64,000 nt of DNA from Candidatus Hydrogenedentota bacterium (GCA_963668025.2 CAXXTH010000017.1:1056001-1120000), one strand, 5' to 3'. Positions 50,429 through 60,756 are shown, counted from the stretch's first letter. Made by a program: numbers and translations. Notes: generated by a model from the letters alone, not told the origin.

Positions 50429-53146
50429 TCAGCCCGCGCGGGGTGGAAGCGTTTCGGCGTGTTTAGCGGCTTCAGCTCCCTGCCGGAGGTATTTGCGGCC
50501 TTCATCGGCGAATCCCGCATCGAGCAGGGCGTTGCCCAGTGTGTTGGCGCGGCTGCTGTATTGGCTCCATACTTCCTGTGATGTGGGATAGAGCCGGGCG
50601 GCTTCCTGGTATTCGGCGGCGCTGCGTTTCAAAAGCTCCGCCTTTTCATCAGCTTGTGCGATTCCTCCTTTGAGCCAAAGTGCGCCCGCGTATTGAACGC
50701 GGTGCGACGCCTGGAATGGCCCCCGGCGCACGGCTTTTTCCCCCCAGTTCACGCAGGAGTCCACGAACCGTTCCAATTGCTTGGGGTCATTTTGCTTGGG
50801 GTCATTCTCGAAAGACGCGAGGAGCTGATAGAACTGGCAAAGGCGGGAGGCCAGGCTTGGGCTGTGGGGATACCGCGCATCGGTCTGCTCCATGGCGGCA
50901 ATATGCGCAAGAACGGCTTCGTGCGCCGCCCGCCATCCTGCCGCGCGATTGGATATCACGAAAGATTCCGCGCCCGACAGCGGGGTATCCGGCGCTATGT
51001 CCGCCCACGCTTCCGCTCCCGCGTTGCGGGTTTGGAACACGCCGAACGCTTCGAGTTCGCTCCGTTCGCTGATCAGCGGCTGAAGCATTTTTAGGGTGAT
51101 ACGCGGCGCTTCAGCGGGTTCGGGCGCATCTGGCGCGCATGAAGTGAACAGGTAGCGTGCCGCCTCCATGCGGGCGTTCGATGCGGCCCGGTCGCCCACC
51201 AGGGCATCCACACTGGGTAAAGGCCATGCCGATGCGCCCAGGACAAGCGCGGCCAGGGCCAGCCCGCCGAGAGCGGCGCGCCCGCGCGGTTTTAGCGCAC
51301 GCCAGGAATCTGGCGTTTGCATCATGGCAATGAAGACGCCCGCCAGCATAAATTCCAGGCTGGCCAGGCTGGGATTATTGAAATCGAAGTCCATGGCGGC
51401 ATGCATCAAGAAGGCGAGCAGCCCCGCGAATAGGCCTGCCATTAGCCAGCGTTCACTGGCGTTTTCCTCGAGCCGAATGCGTCGCGCGCCATGCGCCAGT
51501 AGCCATGCCCAAAATCCGATGAATGCGGCGAAGCCCAGGAGTCCCGTCTCGCATAACGCTTGGAGGTAGTCATTGTGCGCCACGGTCACGTCTCCCGCGC
51601 CTGGGTATTGATAGGCTGGATACGCCGCGCCGAAATTGCCAAGGCCCACCCCGGCCAGGGGCCGGTCCGCCGCCATGCGCAAGCCGGTGCGCCAATAGGT
51701 CATGCGGAGCGCCGCCGTACTGAGGTTGGCCAGCTCTTCCATACCGGGGGCGTGTCCAGGAGCGGCTTCTTCGATGCCGCCCGCTTGGCCTTCCGGTGTG
51801 GGAGGCGTGTCCGCACCCATGGACACGATGGCTGTGCATGCTATAAGCACGATGGCTGGCGCGGGCAGGCGGCCATGCAGGCCTCGGCGCATGAACAGCA
51901 ATAGGCTCATGCACGCCAGCGCCGCCAGGAAAGCCAGCAACCCGCCCCGGGAATAGGTCAGGATTAATCCCACGACGGAAAGTGTGAAGGCCGCCAGGCA
52001 TGCCGCCGTTTGCAGCGCCATGCCGTAGAAATGCGCGCCACGCCGGTGGACGGTGTCATAGGCTAGATAGGCCATTGCCAGAGGAACCAATCCGGTATAA
52101 AAAATCCATGGCCAGGGGTGGGCGGTCCACGGGCCGGCATGGAACAAAATGCGGTAGTAACACGCGCTGTAGGCGGCAAACGTGATGGCGGAGGAGACGG
52201 CCCAAACGGCCACGGCGGCGAACCAGGGGATCTCTAGATAATTGTTCGCGTTTTCCTGCACATCGTTTTTGGGGCGTTTCGCCAGCTCCCACAGTTTTAT
52301 TATCCGTGACGCCGCTGCTCCCATCGAAAACAGTGCGGCGGGCAAAAAGAAGGCTGCCAGCGCATTGGCGTATACGAAAGAGCCATAGGCGCGGTTCGAG
52401 TAGAGCCGTTGTTCGAAGGGAGAGCCGCCTGTTTTGCCCGCGTGATAGGCGAGCAGCTCGGGATGGTCTTGCAAGACCGCCCGGGTCAGGGGAAGCAGGT
52501 ACTTGAGATGCAGCACGGCATAGACGGCTTCGCCGATGGCCACGCACGCCAAGGCGCTGAGCACAATGCCTTGTCCTAAACGGCTCCGTAAACCGCACGC
52601 CGCCACGGTGCATATCATGACGTAAGAGGCCCATTGCAGCAGGGCGCGGAACGTTCCGTCGAACTGGATGGACCAGGGTGACACGAGCAGTGCGGCGGCG
52701 AGAAAGGCGGCGGGCATGCATAGGAGGAGCCGTTCTTTTGGACATGCGCCGCCACGCAGCGCCGCATGCCCGGCCCATACGGCGAAAATCGCGCAAGCGG
52801 CCCAAAAAAAGTAGAGGTTTGCTTCCCGGTGGACCACGCCGTCGACAAGGACGCGCAGGATGAGAAAGACGGCGAGGGCGTTGGCCAGAAACAGTTCATG
52901 CTGTTTATCCGGCTCGTGCGGGAACACGAATCGCGCGCCCGCATACAATGACGCCGCCCATAATACGCACAGCGATATCATGGAGACGGAATTGCTGGCC
53001 ACGAGGATAAGCCCCGCCACGGCCGCCACGACGGCGAGTTCGTAGGCCGCCAGGCGATGGCCCGCGGGTGCGGCGGAAGGGTGCGGCGTTTCAGTCGCAG
53101 GCTCTTGTATACGTACAGGCGGTTTATGGCGGGATTTATTAGCCAC
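50429..53146 (-). CDS. O-antigen ligase (Wzy_C) family membrane protein with helical C-terminal extension
   Basis: Many TM segments; RAYGSFVYANALA, TYSRGG, GVGLGNF, AHNDYLQ. Confidence 0.85.
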   Translation of the reverse strand: MANKSRHKPPVRIQEPATETPHPSAAPAGHRLAAYELAVVAAVAGLILVASNSVSMISLCVLWAASLYAGARFVFPHEPDKQHELFLANALAVFLILRVLVDGVVHREANLYFFWAACAIFAVWAGHAALRGGACPKERLLLCMPAAFLAAALLVSPWSIQFDGTFRALLQWASYVMICTVAACGLRSRLGQGIVLSALACVAIGEAVYAVLHLKYLLPLTRAVLQDHPELLAYHAGKTGGSPFEQRLYSNRAYGSFVYANALAAFFLPAALFSMGAAASRIIKLWELAKRPKNDVQENANNYLEIPWFAAVAVWAVSSAITFAAYSACYYRILFHAGPWTAHPWPWIFYTGLVPLAMAYLAYDTVHRRGAHFYGMALQTAACLAAFTLSVVGLILTYSRGGLLAFLAALACMSLLLFMRRGLHGRLPAPAIVLIACTAIVSMGADTPPTPEGQAGGIEEAAPGHAPGMEELANLSTAALRMTYWRTGLRMAADRPLAGVGLGNFGAAYPAYQYPGAGDVTVAHNDYLQALCETGLLGFAAFIGFWAWLLAHGARRIRLEENASERWLMAGLFAGLLAFLMHAAMDFDFNNPSLASLEFMLAGVFIAMMQTPDSWRALKPRGRAALGGLALAALVLGASAWPLPSVDALVGDRAASNARMEAARYLFTSCAPDAPEPAEAPRITLKMLQPLISERSELEAFGVFQTRNAGAEAWADIAPDTPLSGAESFVISNRAAGWRAAHEAVLAHIAAMEQTDARYPHSPSLASRLCQFYQLLASFENDPKQNDPKQLERFVDSCVNWGEKAVRRGPFQASHRVQYAGALWLKGGIAQADEKAELLKRSAAEYQEAARLYPTSQEVWSQYSSRANTLGNALLDAGFADEGRKYLRQGAEAAKHAETLPPRAG

Positions 53147-54263
53147 GGTGCTTATCCGAGCGCCCGTTCATGCCTACGCGGATGAGCAACGCGATGAGGC
53201 CATATAAGCCGATGGCTTGGGCGATGAGGATCACGGTGCCCCATCGATCCACCTGGCGAAGCAGAATCGCCCCGAGGCCCGCCAGCACGGCCACCAATAA
53301 AATGAACGCGACTGCTTGAAACTGTGTCATGCCCAGCGCCACGAGGCGGTGCGAGAAGTGGCGTTTGTCGCCTTTCATGATCGATTCGCCCCGGCTCCAG
53401 CGGATATAGACGACGCTGAGCGTGTCGAACAAGGGGACGCTCAAGGCCAGCAAAGGCGCGATGACGGCCACCCTCGAGGGCGTGGTGGAGGTGTAGAATG
53501 TGCCTAATACCGCGCCCACCGACAGCACATAGCCGCAGAACATCGAGCCAGCGTCACCCATGTAGATGCGTGCGGGATTCACGTTGTGGACGAGGAATCC
53601 CGTCACGGCTCCCGCGAACACCACCAGCAACACGCAGACAAAGGTGTCGTGGGGCGAGACGCATAAAAACATCGAGAACGCGGCGATGGCTGATACACCC
53701 GCGGACAGGCCGTCCATGTTGTCCAGGAAATTGAGGGCGTTCATCATGAAGATGATCCAGAACATGGTGATCCCGCTCGCGATGAGCACGGCGAGCCAGG
53801 AATTATCAAGCAAGGAAGGCATAAACAATTCGAGGCGTGTGCCGCTGAGGACGACCACCAGCGCCGCCAAGATTTGGCCCGCGAGCTTTTTCTCCGGTGA
53901 AAGTGCTTTCAGGTCGTCCACGACGCCTAGGATAAACACAATAAGCCCGCCCAGCGCCAGCGCTCCGAGCTTCCAATACAGGCTGCCGCCGAAAAACGAC
54001 AAGATATTAGTTTCCAGCCATTCGAGCCCGAAATGGCGGACAGGTTCGAGGAGCAGCAGATTGCCGAGAATCACTAGGTAAAAGGTGGCGAAGATGGCCA
54101 CGCCGCCCAGGAGCGGCACAGGCTCTTTCTGCATTTTACGTTCGCCGGGGTGGTCGTACACGCCCCAGCGTATGGCCAGCGAACGGACAACAGACGTGAG
54201 CGCCACCGAGATCCCGAATGATACGGCGAATGCATACGTGTAAATGAGATACCAGTTAGTCAT
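53139..54263 (-). CDS. WecA/TagO-like polyprenyl-phosphate sugar-1-phosphate transferase (MraY superfamily)
   Basis: PLLGG, GVVDD, NALNFLDNMDGL, YMGDAGS, DKRHFSHRL. Confidence 0.9.
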   Translation of the reverse strand: MTNWYLIYTYAFAVSFGISVALTSVVRSLAIRWGVYDHPGERKMQKEPVPLLGGVAIFATFYLVILGNLLLLEPVRHFGLEWLETNILSFFGGSLYWKLGALALGGLIVFILGVVDDLKALSPEKKLAGQILAALVVVLSGTRLELFMPSLLDNSWLAVLIASGITMFWIIFMMNALNFLDNMDGLSAGVSAIAAFSMFLCVSPHDTFVCVLLVVFAGAVTGFLVHNVNPARIYMGDAGSMFCGYVLSVGAVLGTFYTSTTPSRVAVIAPLLALSVPLFDTLSVVYIRWSRGESIMKGDKRHFSHRLVALGMTQFQAVAFILLVAVLAGLGAILLRQVDRWGTVILIAQAIGLYGLIALLIRVGMNGRSDKHRG

Positions 54264-54287
54264 GGTCTTTCCGTTCGGCCAAGCGCG

Positions 54288-55382
54288 CTATAGGAGCGAC
54301 GCATAACACTCGAATTCCTGGCGCGCAATCACAGCCGCATCGAATTCGCGCGACACGCGCAGCCGGGCCGTTTCACCCATGCGCCGCCGCAGTGCGCCAT
54401 CGGCGAGGAGGCTGTTCACGGCCTCCGCCAGCGCATCCGCGTCGCGGGGCGGCACATTCCATCCGGTCTCGCCGTCGCGGTTGACGAACTCGACCCCCGT
54501 GCCCAGCCGGGTCGCCACCACGGGCTTCCCGCAGGCATGGGCTTCGAGCATGCTGATGCCGTAGGCCTCGCTGCGCGCCACGGAGGGAAACGCGAACACC
54601 TCACACCCGTGGAGATGCGCCACTAATTCCTCGTGCGGCAATTCCCCTGGAAACGCGATCTGGACGCCGAGTTCCTTTGCAAGCGCTTCACAGCGCGGCC
54701 GTTCGGGGCCATCGCCCGCGATTACTACCGGCGCTTGGATATGCACAGCGGCCCGTACCAGATATTCGATGCCCTTGTAATACCGGTGTTTTCCGGAGAA
54801 GAGCACATATCCCCCGCCATACCGCTCGCGCAACTCCTTTATGCGCGCTGCGCCTGGAGCCGCAAAGGCCGCCGGTTCGATTCCTAATGGAATCACCTTG
54901 CACCGCGCCCGCACATCGAGTAGCGTAGGCGACGTGGCCGCATACTGCTCCGAGGCGGCTAAAATCATATCAGCTTTCTTCAGGAAATTCATTTGCAGCG
55001 GCCCATAAAAACGCATGGCGGAGGCCTGCCGCACCACATCACTCTGATAACGCACCACGAGCCTGCCGTTGGGACGCGCCAGCAGCCAGCCCAGTTCCGC
55101 CGTGGGATTCGGGACATGGACCACATAGATATCCGCGCGGATGCGACGAATATGCCAAGGAAACAGGGGAGAAACCGGCGCGCTTTGGAAACGGCCAAAT
55201 TCAGCCACCTCGGTCACGCGCACGCCTTCGCGTACGACGGTGCGCGTGCGCATGGTTCGGCTGCACGTGAGGGCTTCCACCTCCGCCCACGCTTGCTGGT
55301 AGCGGCACATGAGGGCCATGTGCCGTTCCATGCCTCCATGGACGGGCGGGTCAAAATCTTTATAGATATGCAGGATCTTCAT
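54288..55382 (-). CDS. GT4 family glycosyltransferase
   Basis: GGMERH, YYKGIEYL, FPS..RSEAYGISMLEA. Confidence 0.9.
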   Translation of the reverse strand: MKILHIYKDFDPPVHGGMERHMALMCRYQQAWAEVEALTCSRTMRTRTVVREGVRVTEVAEFGRFQSAPVSPLFPWHIRRIRADIYVVHVPNPTAELGWLLARPNGRLVVRYQSDVVRQASAMRFYGPLQMNFLKKADMILAASEQYAATSPTLLDVRARCKVIPLGIEPAAFAAPGAARIKELRERYGGGYVLFSGKHRYYKGIEYLVRAAVHIQAPVVIAGDGPERPRCEALAKELGVQIAFPGELPHEELVAHLHGCEVFAFPSVARSEAYGISMLEAHACGKPVVATRLGTGVEFVNRDGETGWNVPPRDADALAEAVNSLLADGALRRRMGETARLRVSREFDAAVIARQEFECYASLL

Positions 55383-55680
55383 CTGAAATGGGCATATTTC
55401 CGCCAGAGCCGGCCTTGGCGCTAAGCGTACATCTTACACCAGAAGCCGGGGGCGAGATCGAGGAGAACAACCATCTAGGGCATTGGCTTCAAATGTGCTG
55501 GCTCTTTGCGTGGCGTTTTGCTTGGCCTTATTCATCATCGGACGGATTGGGGGGATCGGACGGATCGGTTTTACATGGGCTGGACGGCCATGCTTTATAT
55601 TCGATTTCTTTTTTCCTTGTTCGTATAATGATGCGGCAATAACTGATGTGGGATACGGCGTCTCCGATTGGAAACAGCAT

Positions 55681-57102
55681 ATGGCGAATCTTTACCATCC
55701 CGAAAAGGCCACTAAGCGCATAGGCGCGCTGCTCATCGAGAGTGATCTGATCACCGAAAAGCAGTTGCAGGAGGCCCTGGCTCTTCAGCAGAAGCAAGGG
55801 GGGAAAATTGTCGAGACGCTGATTTCGCTGGGATATCTTAACACCGCCGAATTCACCCGTTTTTTAGCGAGGCAAGGGCTTCCCGCAGTCGATTTGTCGC
55901 AATATGAGATTCCGCGTGATCTCCTGGAATTGGTGCCCAAATCCCTCGCCAATAAACACAAGATTGTTCCCATTGATAAGCTGGGCTCACATTTAACTAT
56001 TGCCATGGAATGCCCGCTCGACTCGCATGCTATTGAGGAAATCCGTGAGGCCACCGGGCTCAAGGTGCGGCCTGTTTTGTGTTCCGCGAAGGATGTCGAG
56101 GCGGTTCTTGCCCGGTATTATAGAGAGCCAGTGGATGAGGAAGCCGCGCATTTAGAGAAACTGCATGCGGTCGCTGGGCTTAAGACATTCCCGCTCCCCC
56201 CCGCGGCGCCTGTCTCGATGCCGGCATTGGCCTCCACAGCCGAACTGCCGGAAGCAGGCGGGCCGGTGTCGATGCTCAGTGCGCCATTGAAGCTAAAAGG
56301 GATTTCGACGCTTATCCGCAACCTCGAGTCGCTTCCGACATTGCCCGACACGGTCATGAAGGTGCGGCAGGCGTTGAACTCGCCTTATAAAGGCGCGCGG
56401 GATGTGTCGCAGATCATCCTTTCGGATCCGCCCATCGCCGCGAAACTGTTGAGCATCGTGAATTCACCGGCATATGGCCTCCCCCAGAAAGTGAAAGATA
56501 TCGGCCTTGCCGTTTCGCTTCTCGGGATTGATGAGACCTGCTCGATAGTCTTTTCCGTGGCGGTGATTCAGGCCATGGGCGGGAGCAAACAAGAGGCCTA
56601 TCGCCGTTTTTGGAACTCCGCGCTGCGTTGCGCCCGCATTTCCAATATCATCGCTTTGGCGCGCGGCGAAAAGCTGAGCGGAGCCGTGTTCTCCGCAGGG
56701 CTATTGCATGATATTGGCAAGCTTGCCCTGATCCAAGTAGTTCCGCAGCGGTATGAAAGCATACCTTCAGAGCTGTTTGGAATGGACCTGCTGGCTGCTG
56801 AAGAGGAAATGATTGGCCTCACCCACGCCGAGGCGGGCTATATTTTAGCGGATTACTGGAATTTGCCCGAGGAGATTGTGGAGGCCATTCGGCATCATCA
56901 CCACCCTGAGCGCGCGGAAAAAGCGCCCGGACTCGTGGCCACGGTGACTGTTGCTGATGTGCTCACCCAGGCGGATCGCGTCCTGGTGCGTGAATGCGGG
57001 GGCGCTTTTACTGTGCTCAAATCCAGCCCAGATATCGTTGTCGAGATCATGCGCGCGGGACTCGGCCTGTTCGACGAATCCATCCGTATTCCGTCAATGT
57101 GA
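55681..57102 (+). CDS. MshEN/T2SSE_N + HDOD domain protein
   Basis: RIGALLIESDLITEKQLQEALALQ; LPTLP, DPPIAAKLL..NSPAY, GLLHDIGKL, HAEAG...WNLP, HHHP; start placed at ATG 55681. Confidence 0.85.
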   Translation: MANLYHPEKATKRIGALLIESDLITEKQLQEALALQQKQGGKIVETLISLGYLNTAEFTRFLARQGLPAVDLSQYEIPRDLLELVPKSLANKHKIVPIDKLGSHLTIAMECPLDSHAIEEIREATGLKVRPVLCSAKDVEAVLARYYREPVDEEAAHLEKLHAVAGLKTFPLPPAAPVSMPALASTAELPEAGGPVSMLSAPLKLKGISTLIRNLESLPTLPDTVMKVRQALNSPYKGARDVSQIILSDPPIAAKLLSIVNSPAYGLPQKVKDIGLAVSLLGIDETCSIVFSVAVIQAMGGSKQEAYRRFWNSALRCARISNIIALARGEKLSGAVFSAGLLHDIGKLALIQVVPQRYESIPSELFGMDLLAAEEEMIGLTHAEAGYILADYWNLPEEIVEAIRHHHHPERAEKAPGLVATVTVADVLTQADRVLVRECGGAFTVLKSSPDIVVEIMRAGLGLFDESIRIPSM

Positions 57103-57175
57103 ACTTTCGGGCTAGGATAGAATCAGTACACCGCAGTCGATGGAATGGCTTTTGCGAGTTTTTGTTGAGTTGAAC

Positions 57176-57194
57176 GTAGCATGGGCGTCTCGCC
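57176..57194. repeat. Truncated REP-like copy
   Basis: GTAGCATGGGCGTCTCGCC. Confidence 0.6.
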
Positions 57195-57295
57195 GCAAAA
57201 AACCGTTTCATTGATTGAATAGAAGGCGGTTTAAATTTGTTTGTCTTATGTGCGGAATATGCTGGACGTTTGGGCTGCAAGTGTTCATAATATAG

Positions 57296-58177
57296 GTGGA
57301 TTCGGAGAAACGCGAATCGAGCTTGCTGATGATGGCGCCGAAGGTGTTTCGTTCAGATATCGCACAAGGCCTTCGGGATTTGGGCGTGAAACGGGGAGAT
57401 GCTGTGCTGCTGCATAGCTCGCTGCGCAGTTTTGGCGAGGTGGAGCAGGGCGCGGATGGGGTCATTGACGGTTTTCTCGACGCCGTGGGCGCGGAAGGCT
57501 TGGTGATGGCTCCTACGCTGACGGGCGGGCCGCAATTCTCGCCGGAGAATCCGCCGCAACTGGATTTACGCACCGCGCCATGCTGGACAGGCCTGATCGC
57601 CGAGACGCTTCGCAAACGGCCGGGCGCTATCCGCAGTGTCCATCCAACCCATTCCTGCGCCGTATTAGGCGGCCGCGCCGGGGAGTTGACACACCGCCAT
57701 TTCTTGTCCCCGACGCCATGCGGTGCTTTCTCCCCCTATTTCCGCTTGGCCCAGGCGGGCGGATACATCGCCATGGCGGGCTGCGGACTAGAATGCTGCA
57801 CCACCTTCCATACCGTTGAAGAATTGGCCAATGCGCCCTACCATTTGCAGATGGGCGTTTCGTTCGGCGCGTGCATCGGCCCAGACGGCCAGCAGGTGGA
57901 TACGCCGTGCCGCTTGCATTCTTATCATGGCCCCGAGCGCGATTTCCCCGTGATGGAATCCGTGCTTTTAGCGAAAGGCTCCATGCGGAAAGGCCGGATC
58001 GGCGCGAGTATGCTCCGGCTTATCAGCGCGATGGAATTGATAGAATTGGCATTGGACAGGGTCCGATTCGACCCCTTCTACCTCACCGTGTACCGGGGAC
58101 GAGGAGCTGATTGGATGGCTGCGCGCGCCCGGGCGCAAGACACAAGGCTTGCAGGAAAGCTGGCGGAGCCTGGTTGA
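57296..58177 (+). CDS. AAC(3)/YokD family N-acetyltransferase (start uncertain)
   Basis: LGVKRGDAVLLHSSLRSFG, MAPT, RSVHPTHS, TTFHTVEE. Confidence 0.85.
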   Translation: MDSEKRESSLLMMAPKVFRSDIAQGLRDLGVKRGDAVLLHSSLRSFGEVEQGADGVIDGFLDAVGAEGLVMAPTLTGGPQFSPENPPQLDLRTAPCWTGLIAETLRKRPGAIRSVHPTHSCAVLGGRAGELTHRHFLSPTPCGAFSPYFRLAQAGGYIAMAGCGLECCTTFHTVEELANAPYHLQMGVSFGACIGPDGQQVDTPCRLHSYHGPERDFPVMESVLLAKGSMRKGRIGASMLRLISAMELIELALDRVRFDPFYLTVYRGRGADWMAARARAQDTRLAGKLAEPG

Positions 58178-58203
58178 CAGGCTTTCATAGTGAGTGGTAT
58201 GAT
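58174..58203 (+). promoter_or_regulatory. Sigma-70 promoter of hpf
   Basis: TTGACA-N18-TATGAT with an extended -10 TG. Confidence 0.65.
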
Positions 58204-58249
58204 CCGCGCTTGCGTCACGCGGACCTAAGTATAGGAGGGACAATAGATT

Positions 58250-58807
58250 ATGCGCATTGCAATCGCCGGACGCCATATGGAAGTCACAGACGCGTTGAAA
58301 TTGCACGTCGAAAGTGGCTTGCAAAAAATACGAACGCACTTTGATCGCGTGATGGATGCGGATGTTGTGCTGGACGTGGAAAAGCACCGGCACATCGCGG
58401 AAATCACCCTGCATGCGAATGGCATCCGCATCCATGGCAGAGAAACCTCTGATGACATGTATGCATCACTCGATGCGGTGATCAGCAAGCTCGAGAAACA
58501 GGTCCAGAAATTCAAGGATCGTATAAACCGCTATCAGCCGCGCAAGGGCGTGGAGATGCGCGATTATATGCACAATATCATCGCGTATGAGCCCATGGAA
58601 GGCGAGGGGGGCATTCAGGAGACCTCTCATCGCGTAGTCAAACGGGAACAGTTGCCGATGAAGCCGATGTCGGTGGAAGAAGCGGGCATGCAGTTGGAGC
58701 TTTCGGGCGAGCATTTCTTGGTGTTCTCGAATGCGGACACCCAGCAGGTGAATGTGATTTATGCGCGTGAAGATGGCACGTTTGGGCTAATCGAGCCTCA
58801 ATTCTAA
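58250..58807 (+). CDS. hpf: Ribosome hibernation promoting factor, long HPF
   Basis: GRHMEVTDAL, DMYASLD..KLEKQ, KPMSVEEA..L, VIYAREDG.FGLIEP. Confidence 0.95.
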   Translation: MRIAIAGRHMEVTDALKLHVESGLQKIRTHFDRVMDADVVLDVEKHRHIAEITLHANGIRIHGRETSDDMYASLDAVISKLEKQVQKFKDRINRYQPRKGVEMRDYMHNIIAYEPMEGEGGIQETSHRVVKREQLPMKPMSVEEAGMQLELSGEHFLVFSNADTQQVNVIYAREDGTFGLIEPQF

Positions 58808-58818
58808 ACGCCAGCCCC

Positions 58819-58854
58819 AGGGGAAATCCGTTTCGAGAAGCGGATTTCCCCTTT
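58819..58854 (+). terminator. Hairpin/terminator after hpf
   Basis: AGGGGAAATCCG...CGGATTTCCCCT perfect 12-bp stem followed by TT. Confidence 0.7.
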
Positions 58855-58928
58855 ATCATGCGCATCGTTGCCAGCCTATACAGTTGAGTTGGCTTTCCTC
58901 TGTGCGGTTGTGATAGGGTGCAAACTCG

Positions 58929-59897
58929 ATGGACACGGAAAATCTTCCCATCAACCGAAAAAGCAGCATCGCGGTAGCCCGTCTCATCGAGGAAATGGCG
59001 GACGACCTGGATATCCGTGTCATTGCGGGATTCCAGGGCTCGGGCCGCCCGATGTATACTTCCGATGTCAACCGCCCCGGGCTCGCGTTGAGCGGGTATC
59101 TGGATTATTTCGCCAGCGACCGCATTCAGATCCTGGGCAATACGGAAATTCATTTCATGGAGAGGCTGTCCGCCGCGGAATTGCAGGGGCGGCTGAACCT
59201 GATGTTCTCTTTCGAGATACCCGCATTCCTTCTTTCGCGCAATCTCGAGCCGCGCAAGGTCTTCCTCGATATGTGCAACCGGCGGGGCTTGCCCGTGCTT
59301 CAATCGAGCAAAAGCACCGATGAAGTCATCAGCCGGGTCATTTTATTCCTGGCCGATGAATTTTCGCCGGAGACGATGGTGCATGGCTCGGCGGTGGAAT
59401 GCTTTGGCGTGGGCTGCTTGATTGTGGGCGTGCCGGGCATTGGTAAGAGCGAGACGGCCGTCGAGCTGGTCGAGCGGGGCCACCGGCTTGTCGCCGATGA
59501 CATGGTCACGTTGCGCCGGCGCCGCGAGGATTCCTTGTATGCGGAATCCACGCCAGTCATCGAGCACCACATGGAAATTCGCGGCCTCGGTATTATTGAT
59601 ATCAAGAGCGTATTCGGCGTTGGGCGGGTCCGCAATGTCAAACGCATCGGCCTTGTCATAGAACTCGAGGAATGGAAGCAAGACGCCCAATATGATCGCA
59701 CGGGTCTGACGGATGAGTATGTGACGATATTAGGCGTCAAGATTCCGTATTTGTTGATTCCGGTGCGTCCTGGCCGTAATATTGCGGTGATACTCGAAGT
59801 AGCCGCGCTGAACCACCGCTTGAAGGAGCTGGGCGTTCATCCGGCGCAGCGGCTGAACCAGCGGTTAATCAGCATGATGAATGCGAGCGATGCCTGA
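58929..59897 (+). CDS. hprK: HPr(Ser) kinase/phosphorylase
   Basis: NRPGLAL.GY, GIGKSE, GHRLVADD, HMEIRGLGII, PVRPGRN. Confidence 0.96.
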   Translation: MDTENLPINRKSSIAVARLIEEMADDLDIRVIAGFQGSGRPMYTSDVNRPGLALSGYLDYFASDRIQILGNTEIHFMERLSAAELQGRLNLMFSFEIPAFLLSRNLEPRKVFLDMCNRRGLPVLQSSKSTDEVISRVILFLADEFSPETMVHGSAVECFGVGCLIVGVPGIGKSETAVELVERGHRLVADDMVTLRRRREDSLYAESTPVIEHHMEIRGLGIIDIKSVFGVGRVRNVKRIGLVIELEEWKQDAQYDRTGLTDEYVTILGVKIPYLLIPVRPGRNIAVILEVAALNHRLKELGVHPAQRLNQRLISMMNASDA

Positions 59898-60756
59898 TTC
59901 CCCCCGATTCGTGCTTGTAACCGGCCTCTCGGGCGCTGGAAAAAGCCAAGCCCTCCGCTTCTTGGAAGACCTGGGTTTTTACTGCGTGGACAATCTTCCC
60001 GCGGAGTTGATCCCGACGCTCGGCGAGGTGGCGCTGGCTCCTGGCCATCCGCGAAGGCGCATGGCGGTTTGCGTGGACGCCCGCGCGGGCGATGAGCTTA
60101 TCAAGCTTCCGGCCTATATCGAGGCCGTGGCGGAAAGCGGCGTCCGCCCGGACACGCTATTTCTTGATACGTCGAATGAAGTGCTTTTGCAGCGGTATAG
60201 CGAATCGCGCCGCCGCCATCCGAATGCGCCGGATGGCGATGTGGAGGCGGGCATCACGCGCGAGCGGAAGCTCCTGGGGCCCATTCGTGAACGGGCCGAT
60301 CTGGTCATCGACACCAGTACGACTTCCGTGTCGGAATTGCGCGAGCGCATTGCCGAGGCGTTTCACGGCAAACGCGAGAACCAGGAATTGATCGCTACGG
60401 TGATGTCGTTTGGTTTCAAGTACGGCCTTCCTCAGGAAGCCGATGTCGTATTTGATGTTCGTTTCTTGCCTAATCCCCATTACGACAAGGATTTGCGGCC
60501 CTGGACCGGGAATGAGCCCGATGTGCGGGATTTCGTGTTACATAACAAGGTGGCGGAAGAATTTCTCGACCGCACGCAAGGCCTGTTGAAGTTTTTGCTG
60601 CCGCATTATGCGGCGGAGCCGAAGTCTTATTTGACCATTGCCGTGGGGTGTACTGGAGGCAGGCATCGTTCGGTGGCCGTAGCCCATCATCTCGCCTTGT
60701 TTTTGCGGGAGTTGAAATATAATACCCGGCTTCGGCACCGGGATATTGAGAGATAA
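59890..60756 (+). CDS. rapZ: RNase adapter RapZ/YvcJ
   Basis: TGLSGAGKS, CVDNLP, SFGFKYG, DVRFLPNP, GCTGGRHRSV. Confidence 0.95.
   Translation: MPDSPRFVLVTGLSGAGKSQALRFLEDLGFYCVDNLPAELIPTLGEVALAPGHPRRRMAVCVDARAGDELIKLPAYIEAVAESGVRPDTLFLDTSNEVLLQRYSESRRRHPNAPDGDVEAGITRERKLLGPIRERADLVIDTSTTSVSELRERIAEAFHGKRENQELIATVMSFGFKYGLPQEADVVFDVRFLPNPHYDKDLRPWTGNEPDVRDFVLHNKVAEEFLDRTQGLLKFLLPHYAAEPKSYLTIAVGCTGGRHRSVAVAHHLALFLRELKYNTRLRHRDIER

Noticed and set aside
55483-55680. N-terminal hydrophobic extension of the MshEN-HDOD ORF
   Set aside because: The TTG start has no clear RBS and the frame runs through an intergenic simple repeat; ATG 55681 just before the MshEN motif fits better.
57296-58177. Acquired aminoglycoside resistance gene
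   Set aside because: It is an AAC(3)/YokD-family homologue in a housekeeping context, with host-like composition and no mobile element; resistance cannot be inferred.
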